Below, piece by piece: positions 1 to 9,093 of a DNA stretch of 64,000 nt; position 1 is the first letter of the stretch; the number at the start of each line of letters is the position of its first letter. Position numbers and translations under genes: made by a program. Below the pieces are notes generated by a model. That model did no database searches. It saw nothing but the letters and a program-made list of their open reading frames with translations, and was not told where the DNA came from. The stretch is from Actinomycetota bacterium (GTDB lineage: Bacteria > Actinomycetota > Acidimicrobiia > Spongiisociales > UBA4744). The stretch is taken from contig JAADGS010000027.1 of the NCBI GenBank assembly GCA_013152275.1, forward strand, positions 62,001 through 126,000, written 5' to 3'.

Positions 1-1
1 G

Positions 2-319
2 CCGAAATATGACGACTGGAGTTTTCCGAAGGGCAAGCTCGACGGTTCCGAGAGTTTTCACGACGCAGCGCTGCGAGAGGTCGAGGAAGAGACGGGGCTG
101 CGGTGTCGGCTGGGTCGGTGGTTGTCCGATGTGGAGTACGTTGACGCCGATGGCCGCCAGAAGATCGTTCGGTACTGGCTCATGGAGGTGGTCGGGGGTG
201 ACGTGGCCGATCACGAGCCCGACGCCGAGATCGACGCGGTCGAATGGGTTCCCATGGAAGAAGCCGTCGGGCGGCTGACGCACGATCTCGACAGGAAGCT
301 TCTGGCGCTGATCAAGTAG
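2..319 (+). CDS. NUDIX hydrolase, MutT1-like (5'-truncated by window edge)
   Basis: Frame 2 reads PKYDDWSFPKGKLDGSESFHDAALREVEEETG (Nudix box G-x5-E-x7-REuxEExG) and continues into ORF 122..319; stop TAG 317-319. Confidence 0.85.
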   Translation, partial: PKYDDWSFPKGKLDGSESFHDAALREVEEETGLRCRLGRWLSDVEYVDADGRQKIVRYWLMEVVGGDVADHEPDAEIDAVEWVPMEEAVGRLTHDLDRKLLALIK

Positions 320-322
320 CCG

Positions 323-350
323 GTTTTCAGTTCTCAGTTTTCAGCCATCG
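323..350. repeat. Heptamer tandem array (GTTYTCA)x3 plus one degenerate unit
   Basis: gttttca gttctca gttttca gccatcg directly after the NUDIX stop. Confidence 0.75.
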
Positions 351-384
351 GTGGTTGACGTGGTGTGCTCTTGTCGGGAACGCT

Positions 385-431
385 CCGACGACCGACGACC
401 GACGACCGACGACCGACGACCGACGACCGAC
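385..431. repeat. Perfect heptamer tandem array (CCGACGA)x6.7
   Basis: Six perfect CCGACGA units plus CCGAC, abutting the ppk1 stop codon. Confidence 0.95.
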
Positions 432-433
432 TC

Positions 434-2587
434 CTACCCGGGCGGTCGCAGTTGGGTGATTGCTGCCTCGCTGTCGCTTCCTCGAAAGCCCCAGTTGTCC
501 AGCATCCATTGCTGACTGTCGAAGCCGTCGCCGTCGCCGTCGGCGCGGCGGTAGCTGCCATCTGCTTGGAGAATCCGAGCCTGTGCCGTGTCCTTGAGGT
601 GAACGGCAAGCACCGCATCTCTTACGAGAATGAGATCGGCGCCTTCGAGGGGGAACAACAGCTCGACCCGTCGGTTGAGGTTGCGGGGCATGAGGTCGGC
701 GCTTCCGAGGAACAGCTCCTCTCCGTCACCACCGTTGTGGAAGTAGTAGATGCGCGTGTGTTCCAGGAACCGGCCAACGATGGAGCTGACGGAGATCGTG
801 CTGCTCACACCCGGAACACCCGGGCGGAGGGCACAAATGCCTCTCACCTGGAGATCGATCTTCACACCGGCTTGCGAAGCGCGATAGAGCGCCTGGATTA
901 TCTGTTTGTCGACAAGGGCGTTCATCTTGAATGCCAGGTATCCATCACCGTGCGTTTGATGTCGTTCGATCTCACGCTCGATCCGTTCGAGGAGTTCGGA
1001 ACGCATGGCGGTCGGTGCGACGAGGAGCTTTCGGTACTTGGACTGATGGGCATAACCGGTGAGGACATTGAAGAGTTCGGAGACATCCTCGGCGATGTCC
1101 TCGTCGATCGTGAACAGCCCGAAGTCCGAGTACACGCGCGCCGTGACCAGGTTGTAGTTCCCGGTTCCCAAATGCACATAGCGACGAAGGCCTGTCGACT
1201 CTCGGCGCACGACGATGGTCATCTTCGCGTGGGTCTTCAACCCGACGAGTCCATAGACGACATGCACCCCCGCTTTCTCGAGGGCACGTGCCCAGCCCAG
1301 GTTGTTTTCTTCGTCGAACCGAGCTTTGAGTTCCACGAGCACGCTGACTTGCCTGCCGTCCTCGCGTGCCTCGAGGAGTGCGTCGACGATCGGGGAATTG
1401 GGTCCGATGCGATACAGGGTCTGCTTGATCGCCAGCACCTTGGGATCGCGTGCCGCCTGGCGGAGGAAGTCGACGACCGGCATGAAGCTGTCGTACGGGT
1501 GATAGAGGATCACATTCTGCTGGCGGATCGCAGCGAAGATGTTGTCTGCTCCTGCAAGAGCCGGTGGGATGGACGGCTTGAACGGCTCGTCTTTCAAATC
1601 GGGTCGGTCGACCTGTGTGAGCTCCATCAGATCTGTGAGACCGAGCGGACCGTCGAAGGCGAACACCTGGTATGGGGCGAGCCCGAGGTTCTTGATCAAC
1701 ATGGCGCGCACCCATTCGGGCATCGCCTGGTCGATCTCCAATCGATCGGCAGAGCCAAAGCGCCGGAGTCCAACCCAGCGTTCGACGGCGACGGAGAGAT
1801 CTGCAGCTTCGTCTTCCTCGATCTCGACATCGGCATCGCGTGTGAGGCGGAACGGATACGCCGCGACGATCTCAACCCCTGGAAACAGCAAGTCGAGGTT
1901 GGCTGCGATTACCTCTTCGATCCAGACGAACGTGTTGCTGGAATGTACAAGGCCAAGGTTCTCGTAACTATCGGCCTTCTCTTCGCTTGGGACGCGGAGG
2001 AGACGAGGGAACACGGCAGGGACTTTGAGTCTCGCAAAGAGTTCCCCTCGGTCGGAGTCGTTCACCAACACCGCGAGATTCATGCTCAGGTTTGCGATGT
2101 GCGGGAAAGGCCTTCCGGGGTCAAAGGCGAGCGGAGTCAGAGCGGGGAAGATCTGCCGCTTGAAGTGGCGGCGAAGCAGTTTGCGCTGTTTTCGTTTCAG
2201 CTGGTCGTACGGGAGTATGGCGAGCCCGGCTTCGGCGAGGGCCGGCATGAGGTCATTCTTGTAGCAGTCCACATGCATATCGAGTTGCGGGATCAACGTC
2301 TTGCGAATCTCGGCCAGCTGTTCAGACGGGGTCATGCCGTCCGGGGGAGCTTCGAGAACGCCGGATTCGAGCTGCCGGCGCAGGCCAGAGACGCGGATCA
2401 TGAAGAACTCGTCGAGATTCGACGCGAAGATCGAGAGGAACTTGACCCGTTCGAGCAACGGATGTCGCCTGTCCAGCGCCTCTTCGAGAACGTGGCTGTT
2501 GAACTGCAGCCAGCTCAGCTCCCTGTTGATGAACAGGGACGGATCATCCAGGTTGATCGAGTGCCGTAGCGGCTCGGATGTGACCAT
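434..2587 (-). CDS. ppk1: Polyphosphate kinase 1
   Basis: FINRELSWLQFN, SNLDEFFMIRV, HPYDSF, ELKARFDEENN, KTHAK, GRFLEH, SADLMPRNL; start at ATG 2587 after GGAG (ORF extends to 2659). Confidence 0.97.
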   Translation of the reverse strand: MVTSEPLRHSINLDDPSLFINRELSWLQFNSHVLEEALDRRHPLLERVKFLSIFASNLDEFFMIRVSGLRRQLESGVLEAPPDGMTPSEQLAEIRKTLIPQLDMHVDCYKNDLMPALAEAGLAILPYDQLKRKQRKLLRRHFKRQIFPALTPLAFDPGRPFPHIANLSMNLAVLVNDSDRGELFARLKVPAVFPRLLRVPSEEKADSYENLGLVHSSNTFVWIEEVIAANLDLLFPGVEIVAAYPFRLTRDADVEIEEDEAADLSVAVERWVGLRRFGSADRLEIDQAMPEWVRAMLIKNLGLAPYQVFAFDGPLGLTDLMELTQVDRPDLKDEPFKPSIPPALAGADNIFAAIRQQNVILYHPYDSFMPVVDFLRQAARDPKVLAIKQTLYRIGPNSPIVDALLEAREDGRQVSVLVELKARFDEENNLGWARALEKAGVHVVYGLVGLKTHAKMTIVVRRESTGLRRYVHLGTGNYNLVTARVYSDFGLFTIDEDIAEDVSELFNVLTGYAHQSKYRKLLVAPTAMRSELLERIEREIERHQTHGDGYLAFKMNALVDKQIIQALYRASQAGVKIDLQVRGICALRPGVPGVSSTISVSSIVGRFLEHTRIYYFHNGGDGEELFLGSADLMPRNLNRRVELLFPLEGADLILVRDAVLAVHLKDTAQARILQADGSYRRADGDGDGFDSQQWMLDNWGFRGSDSEAAITQLRPPG

Positions 2588-2687
2588 TGGTCGGGCTCCA
2601 GAAGGGCTGCAGAGTGGTATATCGGCCTCTTCTGTGCCGAATATACCGTTTCGTTCCATTTGTGGTCGTGGGTACGCTGAAGACCGA

Positions 2688-3200
2688 ATGAAGATTCTGC
2701 TGCTGATGCGTCACGGGAAGTCGGATTGGAACGCGGCGTTCGGCCACGATCACGAGCGTCCACTGGCGCATCGTGGAGTGAAAGCAGCCAAGATGATGGG
2801 CCGTTTCCTGAGCGACGCAGGAGAGATTCCCGACGCGATCATCACATCTTCTGCGGTGCGGGCAGACCAGACGGTCCGGTTGGCGTCGGACGCAGGGGCT
2901 TGGGGTGCGCCCCTTCGTGTCACGGACCGTTTCTACAACACTCGGTCCGAAGCCGTTCTTCGAGAAGTCAGGGCCGAACCGGAGGACACGACGAGGCTCA
3001 TGATCGTCGGGCATGAACCTACCTGGTCGCTGTTGCTCTCATCGCTGGTCGGAGGCGGACGTCACCCGCTTCCAACGGCGGCCGTGGCGAGGATCGACTT
3101 ACCTGCGGCGACATGGGTCGACGCGGAACCGGGCACCGGCGAGCTCCGCTGGCTCGTGACACCACGACTCCTGGGAAAAGTCCTCGGCGACGGTTCCTGA
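2688..3200 (+). CDS. Histidine phosphatase, SixA family
   Basis: MKILLLMRHGKS (RHG motif), RPL..RG, SSAVRA, VGHEP; C-terminal part of ORF 2301..3200. Confidence 0.9.
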   Translation: MKILLLMRHGKSDWNAAFGHDHERPLAHRGVKAAKMMGRFLSDAGEIPDAIITSSAVRADQTVRLASDAGAWGAPLRVTDRFYNTRSEAVLREVRAEPEDTTRLMIVGHEPTWSLLLSSLVGGGRHPLPTAAVARIDLPAATWVDAEPGTGELRWLVTPRLLGKVLGDGS

Positions 3201-3249
3201 GAACTGGAGGGTCATGTGCCGGGGAATTCCCTCGTAGTAGCGTGCGGCT

Positions 3250-4065
3250 ATGACCAACCTTCCTGCCCCCGACTGGTATCCGGACCCGGCGAAACGGCAT
3301 GAGCATCGCTATTGGAATGGCTCTGCATGGACCGACCAGGTTGCAGATGCCGGTACCCAGTCGGTCGATCCGCTCGAACTCGGAACTCCAGGGGATGCGG
3401 CTGCCGAAAAGATCCAACGCCAGGTCGAGGATCAAGCCGGGATCGTTGATGCTCCTACCGGCGGCGGGACGGTGTTCAGCGAACGGGTCCTGGTCGTCAA
3501 CCAGAAGACGAAACTCATCGAGGTCAACAACGAGTACGCGATCTACGACCAGAACGGCAAACAGATCGCCGCGGTCCGGCAGGTAGGGCAGAGTGCCCTG
3601 AAGAAGATCGCACGGGTCGTCTCGAACCTCGACCAGTACATGACGCACATGCTGCAGGTGGTCGACATGGCGGACAACGTGCTGCTGACCATCACCAGGC
3701 CCAGGAAGATCGTGAAGTCGCGATTCCAGATTGCGGACGGGTCGGGAAACGAGATCGGCACGGTGCGTCAGAAGAACGTGTTCGGCAAGATCAAGTTCTC
3801 CCTGGAGGCAGGCGGTCAGAATGTGGGGTCGATCGATGCGGAGAACTGGCGGGCGTGGAATTTCAGCATCAAGGATGCATCCGGTACCGAGGTGGCGAGA
3901 ATCACGAAGACGTGGGAGGGGCTGCTGAAGACGGCGTTCACGACCGCCGACAACTACGTTGTGAAGATCGAGCGCGAACTCACCGAACCGCTGCGCAGTC
4001 TCGTGATCGCGTCGGCGCTGACAGTCGATACGGCACTCAAACAGGACAGCCGCGGCTGGAACTGA
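3250..4065 (+). CDS. DUF2510 + phospholipid scramblase/LURP-one-like protein
   Basis: N-terminal PDWYPDP..RYWNGSAWT (DUF2510-like); tubby-C/scramblase-like C-terminus (NEYAIYDQNG, WRAWNFSI, ADNYVV). Confidence 0.85.
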   Translation: MTNLPAPDWYPDPAKRHEHRYWNGSAWTDQVADAGTQSVDPLELGTPGDAAAEKIQRQVEDQAGIVDAPTGGGTVFSERVLVVNQKTKLIEVNNEYAIYDQNGKQIAAVRQVGQSALKKIARVVSNLDQYMTHMLQVVDMADNVLLTITRPRKIVKSRFQIADGSGNEIGTVRQKNVFGKIKFSLEAGGQNVGSIDAENWRAWNFSIKDASGTEVARITKTWEGLLKTAFTTADNYVVKIERELTEPLRSLVIASALTVDTALKQDSRGWN

Positions 4066-4066
4066 T

Positions 4067-4438
4067 TCAGGGCAACCGCTGCTGCTGGACGCCCGGTCGT
4101 TGGCCGTGGACCGAGAAGGGGCTGCCTTCGATGCCGTGCATGAGGGCGATGATGAACGGCTGTCTCGGGTTGCGCGCCGCCGTCTCGACGGCCGAGCCAA
4201 CGTTGGCCCTGAGGGTTTCGATAGCCCGCTCGAGATGGTCGACTTCGAGTCTCACGCCCGACAGGACCGTCGAACCGTCGTGGCCTGTGGGGAGAGGGAC
4301 GCTGAGTCGGGGCGCCGGTGGCGACGCCCAGGATTCGTGTCGGCGGGTGACATCGAACTCGACGACGGATTACCCGAGGGAGATTGCACGGTCGAGGTCT
4401 TCGGCCCGCGGCACGACGGTGATCCCCAAGACACGCAT
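4067..4438 (-). pseudogene. Degenerate VOC/glyoxalase-like gene with in-frame stop
   Basis: From ATG 4438: MRVLGITVVPRAEDLDRAISLG*SVVEFDVTRRHESW...VRLEVDHLERAIETLRANVG; TAA at 4370-4372, in frame with ORF 4067..4255. Confidence 0.5.
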
Positions 4439-4454
4439 CGATGTCAGGCTACGG

Positions 4455-5129
4455 CTACCACCGGTCGGTCTTTTTCTCGTCGTAGAAATCGAGCTGGTCG
4501 ATCGGAACGATGAGCGATGTCAGGATGTTCATCAGATGAGCGGTGATCCTCTTGCAGTACCGGTAGTAGAGCGCCTGGGGCACGGCCTGGGACGGTAACG
4601 TGTCGGCATTGATCTGCTCGAGTACGTGTGCGTCGAACTCATCGAGCTTTCCGTCTCCCTCGAGGATGAGCTTCCGTGCACCTTCTTCGTCACGAGCGCT
4701 GAACGTCCTCGCCGTCTCGGCGACGAACGCGGAGACCCAGCGGCGATCGGCGAGGAGCTGTTCCTTGTTCTCACCGGCTTGCAGTTGACCGACCGCATTC
4801 GCGAGATCCCAGATGTTCTTCGCGTAGTCACCGACTCGCTCGGCATCCTTTGCAACACTCATCGACGCCAAGACCATTGGCAGGTCGGCCTTCGCTCCGT
4901 GGACACTGACGTGGACGACGAGTTCGCGTCTCACCTCGCGTTCCGTCTCGTTGATTCGTCGGTCGGTCTCCCTGATGTCGGCTCCGACGACGACAGGATC
5001 GGCTCCGGCGAGCAGGGCGTCGGTGGCTGCATCGAACGTGTGCCTGCCATCGACGATCATCGCCCGGATCTTCTGTTCGATTGCTTCGAGTTCGCTATCC
5101 GAGCTTCCCCGGAAGAATTCGATCACCAT
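4455..5129 (-). CDS. PhoU-domain phosphate uptake regulator
   Basis: DRRINETE, KDAERVGDYAKNI and KRITAH PhoU-repeat motifs; follows the Na/Pi symporter. Confidence 0.85.
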   Translation of the reverse strand: MVIEFFRGSSDSELEAIEQKIRAMIVDGRHTFDAATDALLAGADPVVVGADIRETDRRINETEREVRRELVVHVSVHGAKADLPMVLASMSVAKDAERVGDYAKNIWDLANAVGQLQAGENKEQLLADRRWVSAFVAETARTFSARDEEGARKLILEGDGKLDEFDAHVLEQINADTLPSQAVPQALYYRYCKRITAHLMNILTSLIVPIDQLDFYDEKKTDRW

Positions 5130-5139
5130 GTGTGTCTCC

Positions 5140-6276
5140 TCAGTCCAAAAGTAGTAGACCCATCAGGGGAAGAACAACGAATACACCGACAACGTACACC
5201 AGGACCGCAGACTTTCGGATCTCGGCGACGGCGGCGAGCTTCCTCGCGAGCCACAATGGGATCTCCCGAATGGCCCGAACAGGGTAGAAGACGAGGATCC
5301 CGCCGACGTTGAACAGGGTGTGGACCAGCGCGATGATCAGGCCCTCGGGACGGTCGGCGGCGAGAGCGGCCAGGAGCGCGGTCGCGGTTGTTCCGACGTT
5401 TGCGCCGAGTGTCACCGGGAACCCGTTCTCGAGCGTAAGCACACCGGCGGCGATCATGGGAACGAGCAGCGAAGTCGTGATACTCGAACTCTGCACGGCG
5501 ACGGTCATTACGAGCCCGACCATGATGGCCGGGACGCCGGCGCCACGGCTGAGGACCGCGTTCATAGAGCGCTCGATGCGTCCTGCCATCAGTTGCTTCA
5601 TGGTTCTGGTGATGAATGCCAGGGCAACGAAGATGAGAGCAATGCCGATGATCAAGAGAAGTGTTCCGAGGAGTGCCTGATGCGCCCCCGTGCTCTGGAG
5701 TGCGGCATCGATGAGCTTCACCGGTGCCTTCACGGCAGTCTTGATCGGGCTGTCCGGCTTCTCGAATTGCAGCGTCGTCGATGCTCCGAGCAGGCCGGCG
5801 AGCACTGTTGCCGACCGGGACAGGAAGTGAGTGGTGAGTTCGAGAGGGAGAAAGACCAGCACGGCGAGCAGATTGAAGAAGTCATGCATCGTCGCTCCGG
5901 CGAACGCTCTACGGAACTCTTGCGACCGTCTCAAGAAACCGAGCGACGCGAGGGTGTTGGTGACGGTCGTGCCGATGTTGGCCCCCATGACCATCGGGAC
6001 GGCGAGCGGGACCGTCAGCATGCCTGAGCCGACCAGCCCCACGATGGTCGATGTCGTGACCGAGGAAGATTGGACGAGCACCGTGGCGAGAATGCCGACG
6101 AACAGGCCCGCGATGGGGTGTGAAACCTCCTGGAAGAGCCGGTCGGTGAAGTCGGCCCCGAAGGCTTTGATGCCGGATTCGAGAGCTTTGACCCCGACGA
6201 GGAAGACGTAGAGCAGGAGTAGCACCAAGGCGGCTTGCGCCCACTTGGTTCCCCGATCCCGGAAGCCGATGCTCAC
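5140..6276 (-). CDS. Na+/Pi cotransporter (NptA/SLC34-like)
   Basis: Two repeats LVQSSSVTTS...GANIGTT and AVQSSSITTS...GANVGTT; multiple TM helices; GTG start after GGAGGG. Confidence 0.92.
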   Translation of the reverse strand: MSIGFRDRGTKWAQAALVLLLLYVFLVGVKALESGIKAFGADFTDRLFQEVSHPIAGLFVGILATVLVQSSSVTTSTIVGLVGSGMLTVPLAVPMVMGANIGTTVTNTLASLGFLRRSQEFRRAFAGATMHDFFNLLAVLVFLPLELTTHFLSRSATVLAGLLGASTTLQFEKPDSPIKTAVKAPVKLIDAALQSTGAHQALLGTLLLIIGIALIFVALAFITRTMKQLMAGRIERSMNAVLSRGAGVPAIMVGLVMTVAVQSSSITTSLLVPMIAAGVLTLENGFPVTLGANVGTTATALLAALAADRPEGLIIALVHTLFNVGGILVFYPVRAIREIPLWLARKLAAVAEIRKSAVLVYVVGVFVVLPLMGLLLLD

Positions 6277-6331
6277 TTCTCCCTCCGCGGCCGGCCAGAC
6301 CATACCATCGGAGTTCTCGGTTGCTGTTCGA

Positions 6332-6376
6332 GTCGACCCGAGGTCGCGATACGAAGTACGAAGTACCGGGCACGAG
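6332..6376 (+). repeat. TACGAAG-family heptamer element, copy 1
   Basis: gtcgacccgaggtcgcga-tacgaag-tacgaag-taccggg-cacgag. Confidence 0.75.
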
Positions 6377-6416
6377 GGCGAGTTCCAGTGGTTGCTCCAA
6401 CAGCCGCCACGTCCGC

Positions 6417-6480
6417 CCTACGGTCTTGGGTCGATCTGAGGTTGCGATACGAAGTACGAGGTACCAAGTACCAGGTACGG
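6417..6480 (+). repeat. TACGAAG-family heptamer element, copy 2 (with full 31-nt leader)
   Basis: cctacggtcttgggtcgatctgaggttgcga-tacgaag-tacgagg-taccaag-taccagg-tacgg. Confidence 0.8.
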
Positions 6481-6541
6481 TGAGCGAAGCGAGCCTCCTA
6501 GTGCCTCGGCACCGATACCCCGAACGGCCCCGGCCGAGGGG

Positions 6542-7292
<751 letters not shown>

Positions 7293-7309
<17 letters not shown>

Positions 7310-8075
7310 CTCGTTTCTCGAGGATCGCGACTGCCCTGGTCATCGGGAGGGTCATCGCGAGGTAGACCAAGCCGGCCACGATGAAGGGCGTCGCGTTCGC
7401 CGTAATGATCACATGATCACGTCCGAACCGGGTGAGTTCCTTCGTCGCCGCGGTTACACCGAGCACCGAGATCAGTGACGTGTCTTTGAGGAGCGCGACC
7501 AGCTGGTTCGTCATGGGCGGGATGATGATGCGAAAAGCCTGTGGGATCACGATTGTGGACATGGCCGTCCCGTATGGCATGCCCAACGATCGAGCTGCCT
7601 CCATCTGCCCCCGCGGGACGGCTTCGATGCCGGCTCGAATCGTTTCGGCCATATACGCGGCAGCCACGATCGCAAGGGCGAAGCTGCCATTCGTGTAGGT
7701 CCCAGGCAGTCTGAATCCCGTCGCAACAGGAATGCCCTGGCCGATCAGCAGGATTGTGAGGAGGGCCGGGAGACCACGAAAGATCTCGATGTAGATAGAC
7801 GCAAACCACCGGTATGCCTTGATGACGGAGATACGCATGAGTGCGATGATCAGGGCCAGGACCAAGCCGCCGGAGAAGCCGAACGCGGTGAAGATCAGGG
7901 TGTTGCGTGCCGCCTGCGTCAGGATGAGAGGGAAGAGCCCCTTCGCTACGTCCCAATTGAAGAGTGCCTGAGCGAACACTGCCCAGTTGATTGAATACCA
8001 CACGCCGACCAAGGCGGCGAGTGTTATGACGTAGACGACACCGCGAATCATCTTCGCACGTTGTCGCCTGCTCAC
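7293..8075 (-). CDS. Polar amino acid ABC transporter permease (HisM/GlnP-like)
   Basis: [20 protein letters not shown]...[20 protein letters not shown]. Confidence 0.95.
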
Positions 8076-8091
8076 ATCGTCTCCTTCTTCA

Positions 8092-8125
8092 CGTTTGTGG
8101 GGACCCTACCGGGTCCCCACAAACG
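8092..8125. terminator. Perfect 15-bp stem-loop after the binding-protein gene
   Basis: cgtttgtggggaccc-tacc-gggtccccacaaacg between SBP and permease genes. Confidence 0.7.
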
Positions 8126-8139
8126 ATTCCAGTGATGCG

Positions 8140-8913
8140 TCAGGCTCCAGGGAAGTACTTCTGGAAGACCTCGTCATAGCCGCCGTTGTCCTTGAGCTTC
8201 TTCAGCTCGGCGTTGATGGCATCCATCAGCGCGGTGCGGTCCTTGCTCGTTGCAAAGCCGTACTGCTCGCCGGTGAAGAACTTTTGTGTCACCACGAAGT
8301 TCGGGTCCTGGTTTGCGCGATCCAAGTTGACCGGGAAGTCCTGGAGGATGCCGTCGATATCGCCCGACTGCAGGGCCAGGAACATGGCTGCAGGCTCGTC
8401 GAACGACTTGAGCGTCGCGTCTGCAGGGGCGTTCTCCTGTGCGTAGATCTCGCCGGTAGTGCCTGTCTGGACTCCGATCACCTTGCCGGCCATGTCTGCC
8501 AGCGTCTTGATCGAGCCCGCATCTGCCTTTCGGATCAGCAGGGACTGGTCGGCGTCGAAGTACGGGTCGGAGAACAATGCGTTTGCCGCGCGTTCTTTGG
8601 TGATCGTCATGGCCGAGACCACGATGTCACACGTTCCCGCTTGCGGTGCGAGCCAGATGCCGTCGAACGGCTGGACGGTGACCTCCATCTTCAGTCCGAG
8701 ACCGTCGGTGATCTTGGACATGAGGTCCATGTCGAATCCGGTCCAGGAGCCGTCGTCGGCCTGGAACTCAAACGGTGGGTAGGGTGCGTCGGTACAGATC
8801 GTGAGAGTGTCTGGCTTGACCAACTTGTAGTCACCACTCGATCCCGTCGCGCAGGCCGTCGCCACGAGAGCCAACACGAGTACGAGCACGAGAGCGATGT
8901 TCGTTCGTCTCAT
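8140..8913 (-). CDS. Polar amino acid ABC transporter substrate-binding lipoprotein (family 3)
   Basis: Lipobox ATAC; YPPFE, GFDMDL, MTITKER, FSDPY, GVQTGTTG. Confidence 0.95.
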   Translation of the reverse strand: MRRTNIALVLVLVLALVATACATGSSGDYKLVKPDTLTICTDAPYPPFEFQADDGSWTGFDMDLMSKITDGLGLKMEVTVQPFDGIWLAPQAGTCDIVVSAMTITKERAANALFSDPYFDADQSLLIRKADAGSIKTLADMAGKVIGVQTGTTGEIYAQENAPADATLKSFDEPAAMFLALQSGDIDGILQDFPVNLDRANQDPNFVVTQKFFTGEQYGFATSKDRTALMDAINAELKKLKDNGGYDEVFQKYFPGA

Positions 8914-9093
8914 TGGGTGTTCCTCCTCCTGAGCGCGGGCCGCGCCCTACGCCGAATGTTACGCACGATGTGCCCGGCTTGCACATGCGCCCCGGCTCCG
9001 GACTCTCCTTTTCGACGCTTTCGGCACTAATCTGATGTCGCGCGTCGGTGATAGCTTCCAGGTGCGACGCCGAGACTCCACCAAGGATTCCCC

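Noticed and set aside
365..2569. 734-aa plus-strand ORF
   Set aside because: Codon-aligned antisense shadow of ppk1, typical of high-GC DNA; no motifs
6332..6480. Possible CRISPR array (two similar repeats about 100 nt apart)
   Set aside because: Only two degenerate copies with internal 7-mer periodicity, no regular spacers and no cas genes
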